The notes beneath the pieces are model-generated. The model searched no databases, was not told the origin of the DNA, and saw nothing but the letters and a program-made list of their open reading frames with translations. A stretch of 64,000 nt of DNA from a virus: the IMG/VR virus record IMGVR_UViG_3300029268_000006, positions 32,001 through 96,000 of that record. One strand, written 5' to 3'. Shown piece after piece: positions 1 to 8,528 of this stretch. Positions within the stretch are counted from its first letter, which is position 1. Every line of letters begins with the position of its first letter. Made by a program: the position numbers and the translations under genes.

Positions 1-332
1 GATTCCCAAACAGATTCAGCGACCGGAATTAAATCAATTTGAAATTGTTCAAAATCAAAAGTTGTTGTTCCATCATTTACCACAATTTCATTTGGTGATA
101 AATGTTTATCGATTTCTTTACGAATATTTATACCTTTATTATAAAACTGATTATCTACTTTCAATAGAATATCCATATCACCATGATCCGGTTTGGTATG
201 GTAAAATTTCAGAACATAAATTTCAGTTCCAAAAATTTCTTTCAATTTCGGAATTAAACGACTTTGAATGTCATAAAACTGTTCTGTCGTTTTACGCTCG
301 GTGAATGTATGCTTTAACGCCTTTCCTCCCAT
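1..332 (-). CDS. Putative nucleotidyltransferase (Pol-beta-like fold), runs off the left window edge
   Basis: Not in the ORF track. ATG at 332 overlaps the upstream TAA. Manual translation MGGKALKHTFTERK...KPDHGDMDILLKV...FQIDLIPV contains a GDxD metal-binding motif. Confidence 0.65.
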   Translation of the reverse strand, partial: MGGKALKHTFTERKTTEQFYDIQSRLIPKLKEIFGTEIYVLKFYHTKPDHGDMDILLKVDNQFYNKGINIRKEIDKHLSPNEIVVNDGTTTFDFEQFQIDLIPVAESVWE

Positions 333-625
333 TATTTCAAAAGTTTTATTTGTTTCATATATTTTTTGAATATTTTTATGTCAGGTGTTGTGATCCAATC
401 CTTATTGTTTTGTAAATCATCTTCACTATTATAAATATAATATATGGTTTGATGTGAAAATAATAATGTATTGTTTTTTTGTCTTTTATATTTATTCCAC
501 AATTTTTTATCCGATGTTATTAAACAAGGGATTTTATCGTTTGCTAAATCTGATTCACTTCTATAAACATAGAATGTGGTTTGAGCTAAAAAAATTTTAC
601 CGTTTATTATTTCACGAACTACCAT
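332..625 (-). CDS. Hypothetical protein with an internal two-fold sequence duplication
   Basis: Likely start is the ATG at 625, just after the upstream TGA. YVYRSESDLANDK..ITSDKKLWNKY resembles YIYNSEDDLQNNK..TTPDIKIFKKY. Confidence 0.6.
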   Translation of the reverse strand: MVVREIINGKIFLAQTTFYVYRSESDLANDKIPCLITSDKKLWNKYKRQKNNTLLFSHQTIYYIYNSEDDLQNNKDWITTPDIKIFKKYMKQIKLLK

Positions 626-626
626 T

Positions 627-923
627 TCACCCCCATTGACTTCTAAGTTCGTCCCCTGCATCATCATCCCCATCTAACCAATTGGCTGCCATTGTAGCGG
701 AATTATTCATATCATAAACTTCATCCGGATTCCATTGATCATAAACTTCATCCGGATTCCATTGATCATCAACTTGATCGGTGTCCATTTCTTCTTCAAT
801 GACTTGAATTTGAGCATCAAGTTGTGCATGATTATCTTCCCCAAAAAAATTAAAGTGTGGGGCCTTTTCTTTTTGTCCTTCTAATAAGGAAACCATTTCA
901 TTTCTTTCGGCAAGTGTTCTCAT
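627..923 (-). CDS. Acidic hypothetical protein
   Basis: 98-aa ORF preceded by a TAGTTTTG (TAnnTTTG) element at 951-958; contains DQWNPDEVY twice. Confidence 0.7.
   Translation of the reverse strand: MRTLAERNEMVSLLEGQKEKAPHFNFFGEDNHAQLDAQIQVIEEEMDTDQVDDQWNPDEVYDQWNPDEVYDMNNSATMAANWLDGDDDAGDELRSQWG
711..769. repeat. 27-bp in-frame tandem duplication
   Basis: ATCATAAACTTCATCCGGATTCCATTG at 711-737 and 738-764, plus a partial third copy. Confidence 0.95.
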
Positions 924-950
924 AATATTTTTATATTTTTATTTGAATTA

Positions 951-958
951 CAAAACTA
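951..958 (-). promoter_or_regulatory. Bacteroidota sigmaA-type -7 element (TAnnTTTG), candidate early promoter class
   Basis: TAnnTTTG followed by TA(A/T) upstream of small accessory genes: 951-958(-), 27163-27170 and 27227-27234(+), 40756-40763(-), 60641-60648(-), 61001-61008(-). Confidence 0.6.
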
Positions 959-1013
959 CAACAAACTTTTGAAATAAAAAAATAATATATAAAATAAATC
1001 AAATTAATTTAAT

Positions 1014-1436
1014 ATGAAAAATTATAAGAATTTCATTAACGAAGAAATGGTAAGTTTCGATACCGTTTTTAAAACAGAAGTTAGTGATGTAACAATATAT
1101 GGATTGGAAGAAACATTATCTAATAGTCCAGATGATGTGGATATAAGTCCAAGTAATGCAATTGTAACTTGGAATTTACAACCGGATATGAGACAAGATA
1201 GAATAAAATCTATGGATTTAGTTGTTACAAGAATAGAATGTCAAATTGAATGGAGTATTTATAAAGAAGGTTTGAATAATGCTAGACTTAAAGATAATTA
1301 TATTTATTTTGATACTGATTCACAAGATTTTAAAGATTGGGAAATAGATCCACATATAGATTTTGAAACAGATGGTGGTGTTTGTCCAGATTGTGTGGAA
1401 ATTGATTATAATTACAAAAAGATTACTATTACTTAA
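1014..1436 (+). CDS. Hypothetical protein, possibly virion-associated
   Basis: 140-aa ORF preceded by TAATATATA at 983-991; MKNYKNFINEE start. Confidence 0.7.
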   Translation: MKNYKNFINEEMVSFDTVFKTEVSDVTIYGLEETLSNSPDDVDISPSNAIVTWNLQPDMRQDRIKSMDLVVTRIECQIEWSIYKEGLNNARLKDNYIYFDTDSQDFKDWEIDPHIDFETDGGVCPDCVEIDYNYKKITIT

Positions 1437-1562
1437 TTTTCTGATTTTACAAATGAAAGTCCAGAATTAATTACAGAAATTTTCAAATCAATTTTTATTT
1501 TAAATCCGGGATAATGATTTGATTAAAAATGAAGTCATAGACGAAAAAGAATTTTATATAGT

Positions 1563-2558
1563 ATGATATTAGATGAATTTGTTTTAATGTATTGGAATAA
1601 TTATGATAAAAAATATTATGTTGATAAAGGATATGTTTTCACAAAAAGATTTGATAAATTTGAAGTAAATATTAAAGATTTAATGTTGTGTAGTAACTTG
1701 AAGATAAATGTTAAATGCGATATTTGTGGTAAAGAAAAACTATTATCATATCGTAAATATTTAAAAAATATGAATAATGGTGATTATTATTCTTGTTCTC
1801 AGAAATGTTCTCATAATAAATCTAAACAAACTAGTTTAAAAAATTATGGAGTGGAACATTATTTACAATCTGATATTGGTATAAAAAGAATACAAAATAC
1901 ATGTTTGGAAAGATATGGATTTGAAAATGTATCTAAAAACAATGAAATAAAAAAAAGGAAAAAACAAACTTGTTTAAAAAATTATGGAACTGAATATCCA
2001 AGTCAATCGAAAGAAATACAAGAAAGATATAAACAAACTTGTTTAAAAAAATATGGTTGCGAATGGCCTTGGTTAAATATAGAAGTGAAAGAAAAAGTTG
2101 AAAATACTATGTTAAAAAAATATGGAACAAAAAACCCAACACAAAACATAAATATAATGAATAGTATAATTCAAACACAAATAGATAAATATGGTGAAAT
2201 TTGGAAAAATCATGTTCCTAGATATAATCCAAATTCAATAATGTATTTAGATTTAATATCAAAAAAATTAAATATACCAATTCAGCATGCTTTAAATGGT
2301 GGTGAAAAGAAATTCATAAAATATTGGATAGATGGATATATTGATAAATATAATATATGTATTGAATGGGATGAAGAATGTCATAATTTAGAAAATGATA
2401 AAAAAAGAGATGAATATTTAAAAGATAATTTTAATTGTAAAATGATAAGAATTAGACAAAAAACATTTCTTAAAAATATAGATATTGAAATTGAAAAAAT
2501 AGTTGATGAAATAAATGATTATATTTTATCATTAAAATCGTATGAAAAGAAAAAATAA
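1563..2558 (+). CDS. Free-standing putative homing endonuclease (CDxC Zn module, K.T.L..YG repeats, Vsr/DUF559-like C-terminal domain)
   Basis: KCDICGKEK; repeated KQTCLKNYG; C-terminal YWIDGYIDKYNICIEWDEECH. Confidence 0.7.
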   Translation: MILDEFVLMYWNNYDKKYYVDKGYVFTKRFDKFEVNIKDLMLCSNLKINVKCDICGKEKLLSYRKYLKNMNNGDYYSCSQKCSHNKSKQTSLKNYGVEHYLQSDIGIKRIQNTCLERYGFENVSKNNEIKKRKKQTCLKNYGTEYPSQSKEIQERYKQTCLKKYGCEWPWLNIEVKEKVENTMLKKYGTKNPTQNINIMNSIIQTQIDKYGEIWKNHVPRYNPNSIMYLDLISKKLNIPIQHALNGGEKKFIKYWIDGYIDKYNICIEWDEECHNLENDKKRDEYLKDNFNCKMIRIRQKTFLKNIDIEIEKIVDEINDYILSLKSYEKKK

Positions 2559-2590
2559 AAAAGGGATGAAAATAAATTTCATCCCCTTTT
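2557..2590. terminator. Bidirectional intrinsic terminator between convergent genes
   Basis: A-tract, GGGATGAAA, loop, TTTCATCCC, T-tract. Confidence 0.8.
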
Positions 2591-2644
2591 GTTCATTTTT
2601 TTCATCTGTTCATTGATAATGAACAGTAGATTAAAATGAACAGT

Positions 2645-4252
2645 TTAGATTTCAACTGCTTCAATCTTGTGAATCAAAGCCTGACGATCTTGTTCCAACA
2701 TTTTCATTAAATCGAAAACTTTATCTGAAAATCCAGCCAAAGCGTAAACTTTGTTTTCTGGGAATTGTAAAGTTCCGTAACCTTTAAGGTCAATAGAATA
2801 GATATGAGACTGACATTTATACTTTTTACAGTATTCTTTGAAAGTTGTTGTTGGTGCGTGATATCCAACCCAACCTTGTTCATCAGATAAAATAATTATT
2901 CTATCGTAAGCTTTATTGGCTTTTTGAAAGATACTATGGAAATTAGTACCAGCACAAGCGAACTTGTAAATGTTTGTAATAGTCATCAAACTATCAGATG
3001 GGTTATAGTTTTTGTATTCTGCATGATCATCAAATCTCATCAAATCACAACCATTACGTTTTGCGATAGCGGCTGCGAATTGTGCACCAGCTTCAGCACA
3101 ACTAATTGTACTTTTTGCTACTTTATTTGATGTCATAGAACCAGATGTATCTAAAACAACCAATGTTTCACCATCAAATTTCGGAATATTATTAAGTGAA
3201 ATTTCAGTAGCTTCGTTGATGGCAGTTAGAACTTTTCTGTATTTAGAATCCGAAGTACCAAGACTTTGTAATTCTTTGTAAGCTACAAGAAATCTGAATG
3301 GTAAAACCAATGATTTCTTAATTAACTTTTCATCAGTTAAAAGTTCACAAGCGACATCAATCATTTCCGGTGCTTGTTCAACAATGTTTCTTAGGTTACG
3401 AAGTAAAGCGAAGTAACCGATTTTACGTTCACTAAGAAGCTTTGTCCAAGCGTCTTTTTTAAGGTCTTGTTTTTCATCTTCATTGTTAGCTATTTGACCA
3501 GCTTTTGACAATTCAGATTCCCAAGTGTCTTTACTACGAAGTAAATCAATTACAAGTGCTTCAAGAGCGTGAATTTTGATAGTTCCACCTTCTTGTGATT
3601 TAACCCAATTAAGTTTCTTTTCAATTTCTTTCTTATCTTCAGCTTTCTTTTTCAAAGATAATTTCTTGTTAAGTATGTCAATGTATTCTTGACGATTAAC
3701 AGTTACCAAAAATTTATCACCCTGTGTTGGTACTGGGTGTACCAAGTTGGCAATATCAACTAATTTGAAGTCTTTACCTTCACCTCTCCATTTTCCAAGT
3801 TGGTATGCATCGAATCTTGAAATAGCTTCAGCGAAGCCTTTTTTCATCGAATTGGTAATTTTGTTGTCTTTCTTTTTCATGTAGTAAGCCAAGATTTCCA
3901 TCATATCATCCGGTCTACGGACAATTTTGTTATAGAAATTTTTTGCCCAAGGTAAGTTGGACAAATATTTAGCCAATTCAGCAGCTGTAATATGTGATAT
4001 GGATCTCATACCAAATTCATTACGGGCATAAAGTGCAGATTTAGCTACAAAATCCGGTTGTGTCTTACCAATAAGATCAATCAATCTGTTATTGGTTTGT
4101 TCTTCAGTTTCGTAAAAAGAATTCTGTACAAAGGATGTTAACAAAATAGAAACTAATTCTAATTTATTTGATTCTTTGTAGGCTTCACCACCTGCTAAGT
4201 TAACAGTTTTTTCTGCTTTGTAAGCAACTTTTTTTTCATTGAATTTTGACAT
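2645..4252 (-). CDS. rsr: Ro60/TROVE-domain RNA-binding protein with C-terminal vWA domain
   Basis: NLAGGEAY; LYARNEFGMRS; FDAYQLGKW; DIANLVHP; TWESELS; YFALLRNLRN; vWA MIDAS DTSGSM; IILSDEQ. Confidence 0.95.
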   Translation of the reverse strand: MSKFNEKKVAYKAEKTVNLAGGEAYKESNKLELVSILLTSFVQNSFYETEEQTNNRLIDLIGKTQPDFVAKSALYARNEFGMRSISHITAAELAKYLSNLPWAKNFYNKIVRRPDDMMEILAYYMKKKDNKITNSMKKGFAEAISRFDAYQLGKWRGEGKDFKLVDIANLVHPVPTQGDKFLVTVNRQEYIDILNKKLSLKKKAEDKKEIEKKLNWVKSQEGGTIKIHALEALVIDLLRSKDTWESELSKAGQIANNEDEKQDLKKDAWTKLLSERKIGYFALLRNLRNIVEQAPEMIDVACELLTDEKLIKKSLVLPFRFLVAYKELQSLGTSDSKYRKVLTAINEATEISLNNIPKFDGETLVVLDTSGSMTSNKVAKSTISCAEAGAQFAAAIAKRNGCDLMRFDDHAEYKNYNPSDSLMTITNIYKFACAGTNFHSIFQKANKAYDRIIILSDEQGWVGYHAPTTTFKEYCKKYKCQSHIYSIDLKGYGTLQFPENKVYALAGFSDKVFDLMKMLEQDRQALIHKIEAVEI

Positions 4253-4298
4253 AATAATCCTTTCTTTTTTATTTTTTGTTTGTTTGTAATTTAAAGTT

Positions 4299-4342
4299 AA
4301 AAAAAAAAGGGACTATCGAAATAAATTTCAGTAGCCCCTTTT
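4299..4342 (-). terminator. Intrinsic terminator between the Y-RNA cluster and rsr
   Basis: Minus strand GGGGCTACTGAAAT-TT-ATTTCGATAGTCCC followed by a run of about 10 T. A second perfect hairpin, GACATTCA-TTTC-TGAATGTC, lies at 4346-4365. Confidence 0.75.
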
Positions 4343-4375
4343 GGTGACATTCATTTCTGAATGTCTTAATCTATA

Positions 4376-4611
4376 GATGAAGAAAACGATAAGTGAGATG
4401 TGAAATTTAGGTTTTCACTAAAATGAAAGATTTATCATCTTTCATATTCAACCCCGATTTTGGGTTAATTGGAACCTTGACTTTTTGGATGTCAAATCCT
4501 CGGTTTTAGGTAGAACCGAACCACCTGTTATCACCTTATTGGTGATAACGTTTCTGATGCCCGAAGGCTTCTTCCATAATTGTCGAAGTAACACTCAATC
4601 TTACTATCATC
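4376..4611 (-). ncRNA. Large Y-RNA-like ncRNA (about 236 nt) with seven internal hairpins
   Basis: The 5' end GATGATAGTAAGATTGAGTG pairs with the 3' end CATCTCACTTATCGTTTTCTTCATC, and TACTTCG follows the 5' strand. Hairpins at 4400-4418, 4423-4445, 4450-4466, 4477-4495, 4500-4519, 4527-4549 and 4559-4568 (cUUCGg). Confidence 0.7.
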
Positions 4612-4625
4612 AGTAAATATTATAA

Positions 4626-4685
4626 GGAGTAAATCTAAAATAACTTTTTTTCATTTCCTACGAAGTAAGTTATTTTATCACTACC
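4626..4685 (-). ncRNA. Minimal Y-RNA-like ncRNA (60 nt)
   Basis: GGTAGTGA-TAAAATAACTT pairs with AAGTTATTTTA-GAT-TTACTCC (11-bp perfect upper helix); TACTTCG lies at the stem-loop junction. Confidence 0.7.
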
Positions 4686-4756
4686 TTTTTTAAAAATCAT
4701 TAAAATTAAGAACGTTTGTTTTATTTATATTTCAAAAAAACATAAAAGTTTAAAAA

Positions 4757-4865
4757 ATTGTAAAGATATTTTTTTAAGAGTTTTGATAAAAAGCGACTTT
4801 TTGGTGCTTTCTATTGGAGTCGAACCAATTAGAACCGAAGTATCTCTTAAAATTGCTATTACAAC
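4757..4865 (-). ncRNA. yrlA: YrlA-like tRNA-mimic Y RNA (about 109 nt)
   Basis: Closing helices GTTGTAA/TTACAAT and TTTTAAGAG/CTCTTAAAA; TACTTCG; perfect T-arm ATTGG-TTCGACT-CCAAT (4813-4829); loop-closed acceptor-like stem AGAAAGC/GCTTTTT; adjacent to a Ro60 gene. Confidence 0.8.
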
Positions 4866-4955
4866 ATTTATTTTATATATTTGTCAAAAAAAGTCTATTT
4901 TTTCCATTTTTGATAAATATACATCTTTTTTATTAAGAAAAAAATAAAAAGTTTA

Positions 4956-7382
4956 TTAAATATTATATTTTTTTGGCCAAAATTGTTTTTTTTGTGAATT
5001 TGGCCAAAATAATGGATTTTTATTTTCATCATCATTTTTTCTAAATGGGTCAGGTTCTCTCCAAGGATTTCGTTTAAATATTTCGTTTGAATCATCTTCT
5101 CTCCAAGGATTATTTGGTTTAATAGAATTTATTTGTGACATCACATCAACTTTATTTATGAATTGTTTTCTAGCTAATCTGAATGATTTGTAGTTTATTG
5201 TATTTTCAAGTGGTGCAGTTTCTAAGAAATTTTTAACAATTTCTTTTTCTATATCTGTTGCATTAAAGTCAATATAAGTGTCAATTATATTTTTCCAATC
5301 AATATGACTATAAATAGTTGCCAAGTTTATAATTGACATCACACAGTCATCAGTACCACTTTGAGATTTATATGTCACTTCACCATTTGCCAATTCTTTT
5401 TTGGAGAATGAACTTAATTCTATTATGGTTCCACTGTGATGTAATACCATCGCGTCTTTTTTGATACAATCTTGAAAATCTTTTATCATTAGTTTCTTGC
5501 CTTTTTCTCCACTTTTCACAAGGAAACCAACAGTTAGGTAAGTATCAGTTTCATTTTGTTTGTAACGAACAAATACCGAATCACCATAATTGTTGATATC
5601 ATTAAATACATGTTTCATATTATCTAGAAGTCTATCACCCAGATTTTTATTTTTTTCAAGAACTATTTTTACTTTTTCAGAATCGAATAATTCAAATCCT
5701 ATTAAATATAATATATGTGATATTTCATTTGCGTTATAAATATTATTTTGAAAAACACCAATTTGTTCCAATTTAAATAAATCATATTTGCTTTCATACA
5801 TTAGTCTTTTTCTATTTATAATATCTTTATCTTTCATCATTAATCTAAAAATATTTATCACAGTGTAATTTTGTGCAAGTCCTTCACCCATGTCAATTCC
5901 TATAAATATATTATAATTTTTTACTTGTCTAATATCAAATAGATCCGGTCTATTTTTTATCCATTTTAAATCTGTATAAGGAAATTTTAATTTATTTTCA
6001 AATTGTGGTATTTCTTTATATTCAAATGGTGTTTCATTATTAGTTAAACTTTCAAATATAATACTATCAAATAATAAATTTTGATCTGTTATAAATTGAA
6101 GTCCGTATTCTTGTTTGAATTTATCTTCACCACCTATAAGATTTGTTTCTTCTTCTTCCCAATTAGAAATATATGCAATTTCAGTAAAAGGAATTTCACT
6201 TTCAAATTCCATATTGTCATCTCTTGTTTCTAAATTTGTTGCAATTCTTAATGAACGGATACTGGAAATATCAGATTGAAGTGATGGGGTTATTTCATCA
6301 TCTTCGTAAAATTTAATATGATGTATAGCTATACCATCAAGTACCTTATCATAAAGTTTATAACCCAATTCATTTCTCAAATAATTCAAAACATAACCTT
6401 CAGTTAATCCGTGTTTTTTGAGTTTGTCGTCAATGAATTTTATTTTAGTATCCCTCCTACCTTTTATTTGATACCAATAAACTTTAAGTGCTTTATATGG
6501 GTTTTTATGTGGATCACCTTCTGGTAATTCGGCATCTCTTAATAATTCAAAGAATAAATTTCTACCGTCCGGGGTTGATGTAATAATAATTTTTGAATTT
6601 GTAATTGATGATACAGTTGGTACAACGGATGAATAATAAGCTCTAATTATATTATCTGGAATTTTAGCAAACTCATCGAGATATAGTAAATCTATTGTAA
6701 AACCAATGGCCGGTTCTTTGGATCTATTTTGTGTTTGTATTCTACTACCATTTTCAAAAGATAGTGATCTTTCGTTCCAGTTGTTTATACCGGCCTTTAA
6801 GTAGAATGGTAATAATTTATATATGTCTTTTATTTTTCTTATAATTTCTTTAACAGTATTAGATACGTTAGCAACAACCATAACCCCTTTATCTTTATTA
6901 AATAAAACAGTCCACAACATTACAATTGCAGCACTAACTGTATTTAAACTTAAAATATCATTTGTATAATAACTATGTTCATTGGATTGAATTGATAAAT
7001 CGAACATAGAAACTTTATAGTTTTGTTTAATAATAGATTTTATTTTTGATGGACCCCTTTTGGTTAAAACTATATCATCGTGTGTTAAATCTTTAACAAA
7101 TTTAATTATATGATTTTCACAAAAAACACCATGAACATCCGCACAATTTAATTTAATACCATTTTCCAATTTTAGTGTATAAAATGTATATGGTTGTGTT
7201 AAATTAATTTCTTCAATTGGAACAAAACCATAATCTGTTTCGACTAATAAATTTTCTAATGGTAAAAAATTTAATATTTTTTTTGTTTCATCATTTTCAT
7301 CTAAATCTATGTTTCTATATTCATAATTTTCTAATTTTTCAATTAAAAAATATATAATATTTCTTAATATTTTCTTAAACAT
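4956..7382 (-). CDS. terL: Terminase large subunit, C-terminal fragment fused to a long C-intein (IntC aa 1-147)
   Basis: Hint motifs LNCADVH and MFDLSI...YYTNDILSLN|TVSAA (junction 6942/6941). T4 gp17-like motifs follow: LLYLDEFAKI, IIITSTPDG, nuclease GIDMGEG and GTDDCVM. Confidence 0.92.
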   Translation of the reverse strand: MFKKILRNIIYFLIEKLENYEYRNIDLDENDETKKILNFLPLENLLVETDYGFVPIEEINLTQPYTFYTLKLENGIKLNCADVHGVFCENHIIKFVKDLTHDDIVLTKRGPSKIKSIIKQNYKVSMFDLSIQSNEHSYYTNDILSLNTVSAAIVMLWTVLFNKDKGVMVVANVSNTVKEIIRKIKDIYKLLPFYLKAGINNWNERSLSFENGSRIQTQNRSKEPAIGFTIDLLYLDEFAKIPDNIIRAYYSSVVPTVSSITNSKIIITSTPDGRNLFFELLRDAELPEGDPHKNPYKALKVYWYQIKGRRDTKIKFIDDKLKKHGLTEGYVLNYLRNELGYKLYDKVLDGIAIHHIKFYEDDEITPSLQSDISSIRSLRIATNLETRDDNMEFESEIPFTEIAYISNWEEEETNLIGGEDKFKQEYGLQFITDQNLLFDSIIFESLTNNETPFEYKEIPQFENKLKFPYTDLKWIKNRPDLFDIRQVKNYNIFIGIDMGEGLAQNYTVINIFRLMMKDKDIINRKRLMYESKYDLFKLEQIGVFQNNIYNANEISHILYLIGFELFDSEKVKIVLEKNKNLGDRLLDNMKHVFNDINNYGDSVFVRYKQNETDTYLTVGFLVKSGEKGKKLMIKDFQDCIKKDAMVLHHSGTIIELSSFSKKELANGEVTYKSQSGTDDCVMSIINLATIYSHIDWKNIIDTYIDFNATDIEKEIVKNFLETAPLENTINYKSFRLARKQFINKVDVMSQINSIKPNNPWREDDSNEIFKRNPWREPDPFRKNDDENKNPLFWPNSQKKQFWPKKYNI

Positions 7383-8520
7383 TTTTATTTTTTATTAATT
7401 TTAAAATAATAGATTTTATATATTTATTATTATTTTTCCATTCTTTTTCCCATACATGTATTAAATTGATATTTTTATTTTTACAATTATTTGTTTTATC
7501 ATTATGATAATTTTCATTTTTATAGATATTACTATGCCAATAATCACCGTTATATTCAAATGCTAAATTTAAATCTGGTAAATAAATGTCTAATTCTTTA
7601 CCATTTAATATTTTTCTATCATTTTTAATTATTACCCCTTTATAATTTTCTTTTATGAATTTAAATAATTTTCTTTCACCGTCTGATGTTAAAGAATGTT
7701 CTGGATAACATATTGTACATGTTGTTATGTTATGTGACAACCTATTATGAAATAAATTAATATTTATTTCATAATTATGTCCTTCTTCACAACAACAGAA
7801 ATATTTTTTATTTTCGTAATCTATTTTTTTAATAAATAAATATTTAGATAACATTTTTTTATTATAATATTTTTGTGTTTTTTCTTTATGTTCTGGTAAT
7901 TGTGATACATTTTCAATATTATATTTTGTTTTACATGTTTTTTTAATTTTTATAATGTTATTGTAATTTTCATTATCATATTTTTTGTTTTTTGTATTTT
8001 TCGCTTTTTCAACAAAAAATGAATTTTGTGCTGGTCTATCACAATTGTATTTTTCATTATTTGTTTTTATAGATTTTTGTAAAATTTCTTTATTTTGTTG
8101 TGGATAGTCACAATCATATTTTTCATTATTTGTTAATTTAATTTTATTTTTAATTTCTTCATTTTGAAAAACATTTTCAAATCCATAAATTTCCAAATTT
8201 GTTTTTTTACATTTATTTCTATTATTATAAGTTTTATTATTATATTTTTTTTGACATGTTAATTTGTTTTTAATGGATGAACATTTGTGACAAGTATATA
8301 AATTATATTTATTAAAATTATTATTATAACTTTGATAAGATATAATTTTTTCACATCCACAAATATCACAAATTCCTGTTATTTTAACATGTGATTTTAA
8401 TGAGACGTGTTCTATTTTTATTAAAATTTCATCATTTAAATTACAAACATAACCAAAATTTCTAAATTTTTTAATTGTTTTGTCTGCAATTTTGATGTTT
8501 ACTTCTTTTTCTTTTATCAT
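7375..8520 (-). CDS. Putative homing endonuclease (KY-repeats plus Vsr/DUF559-like domain) nested in the split terL
   Basis: GICDICGCEK; K.T..EKY repeats; ELDIYLPDLNLAFEYNGDYWH. Confidence 0.75.
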   Translation of the reverse strand: MIKEKEVNIKIADKTIKKFRNFGYVCNLNDEILIKIEHVSLKSHVKITGICDICGCEKIISYQSYNNNFNKYNLYTCHKCSSIKNKLTCQKKYNNKTYNNRNKCKKTNLEIYGFENVFQNEEIKNKIKLTNNEKYDCDYPQQNKEILQKSIKTNNEKYNCDRPAQNSFFVEKAKNTKNKKYDNENYNNIIKIKKTCKTKYNIENVSQLPEHKEKTQKYYNKKMLSKYLFIKKIDYENKKYFCCCEEGHNYEININLFHNRLSHNITTCTICYPEHSLTSDGERKLFKFIKENYKGVIIKNDRKILNGKELDIYLPDLNLAFEYNGDYWHSNIYKNENYHNDKTNNCKNKNINLIHVWEKEWKNNNKYIKSIILKLIKNKNV

Positions 8521-8528
8521 TTTTTATT

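Noticed and set aside
4788-4829. Canonical tRNA gene suggested by the GTTCGACTC T-loop and CCA
   Set aside because: There is no D-arm or anticodon arm 5' of the T-arm, and the 5' acceptor strand lies 3' of CCA (permuted), so it was called YrlA-like instead.
4582-4842. Y RNAs on the + strand (GTCGAAG resembles a Ro-site motif)
   Set aside because: The T-loop, cUUCGg tetraloop, terminator polarity and rsr orientation all favour the minus strand.
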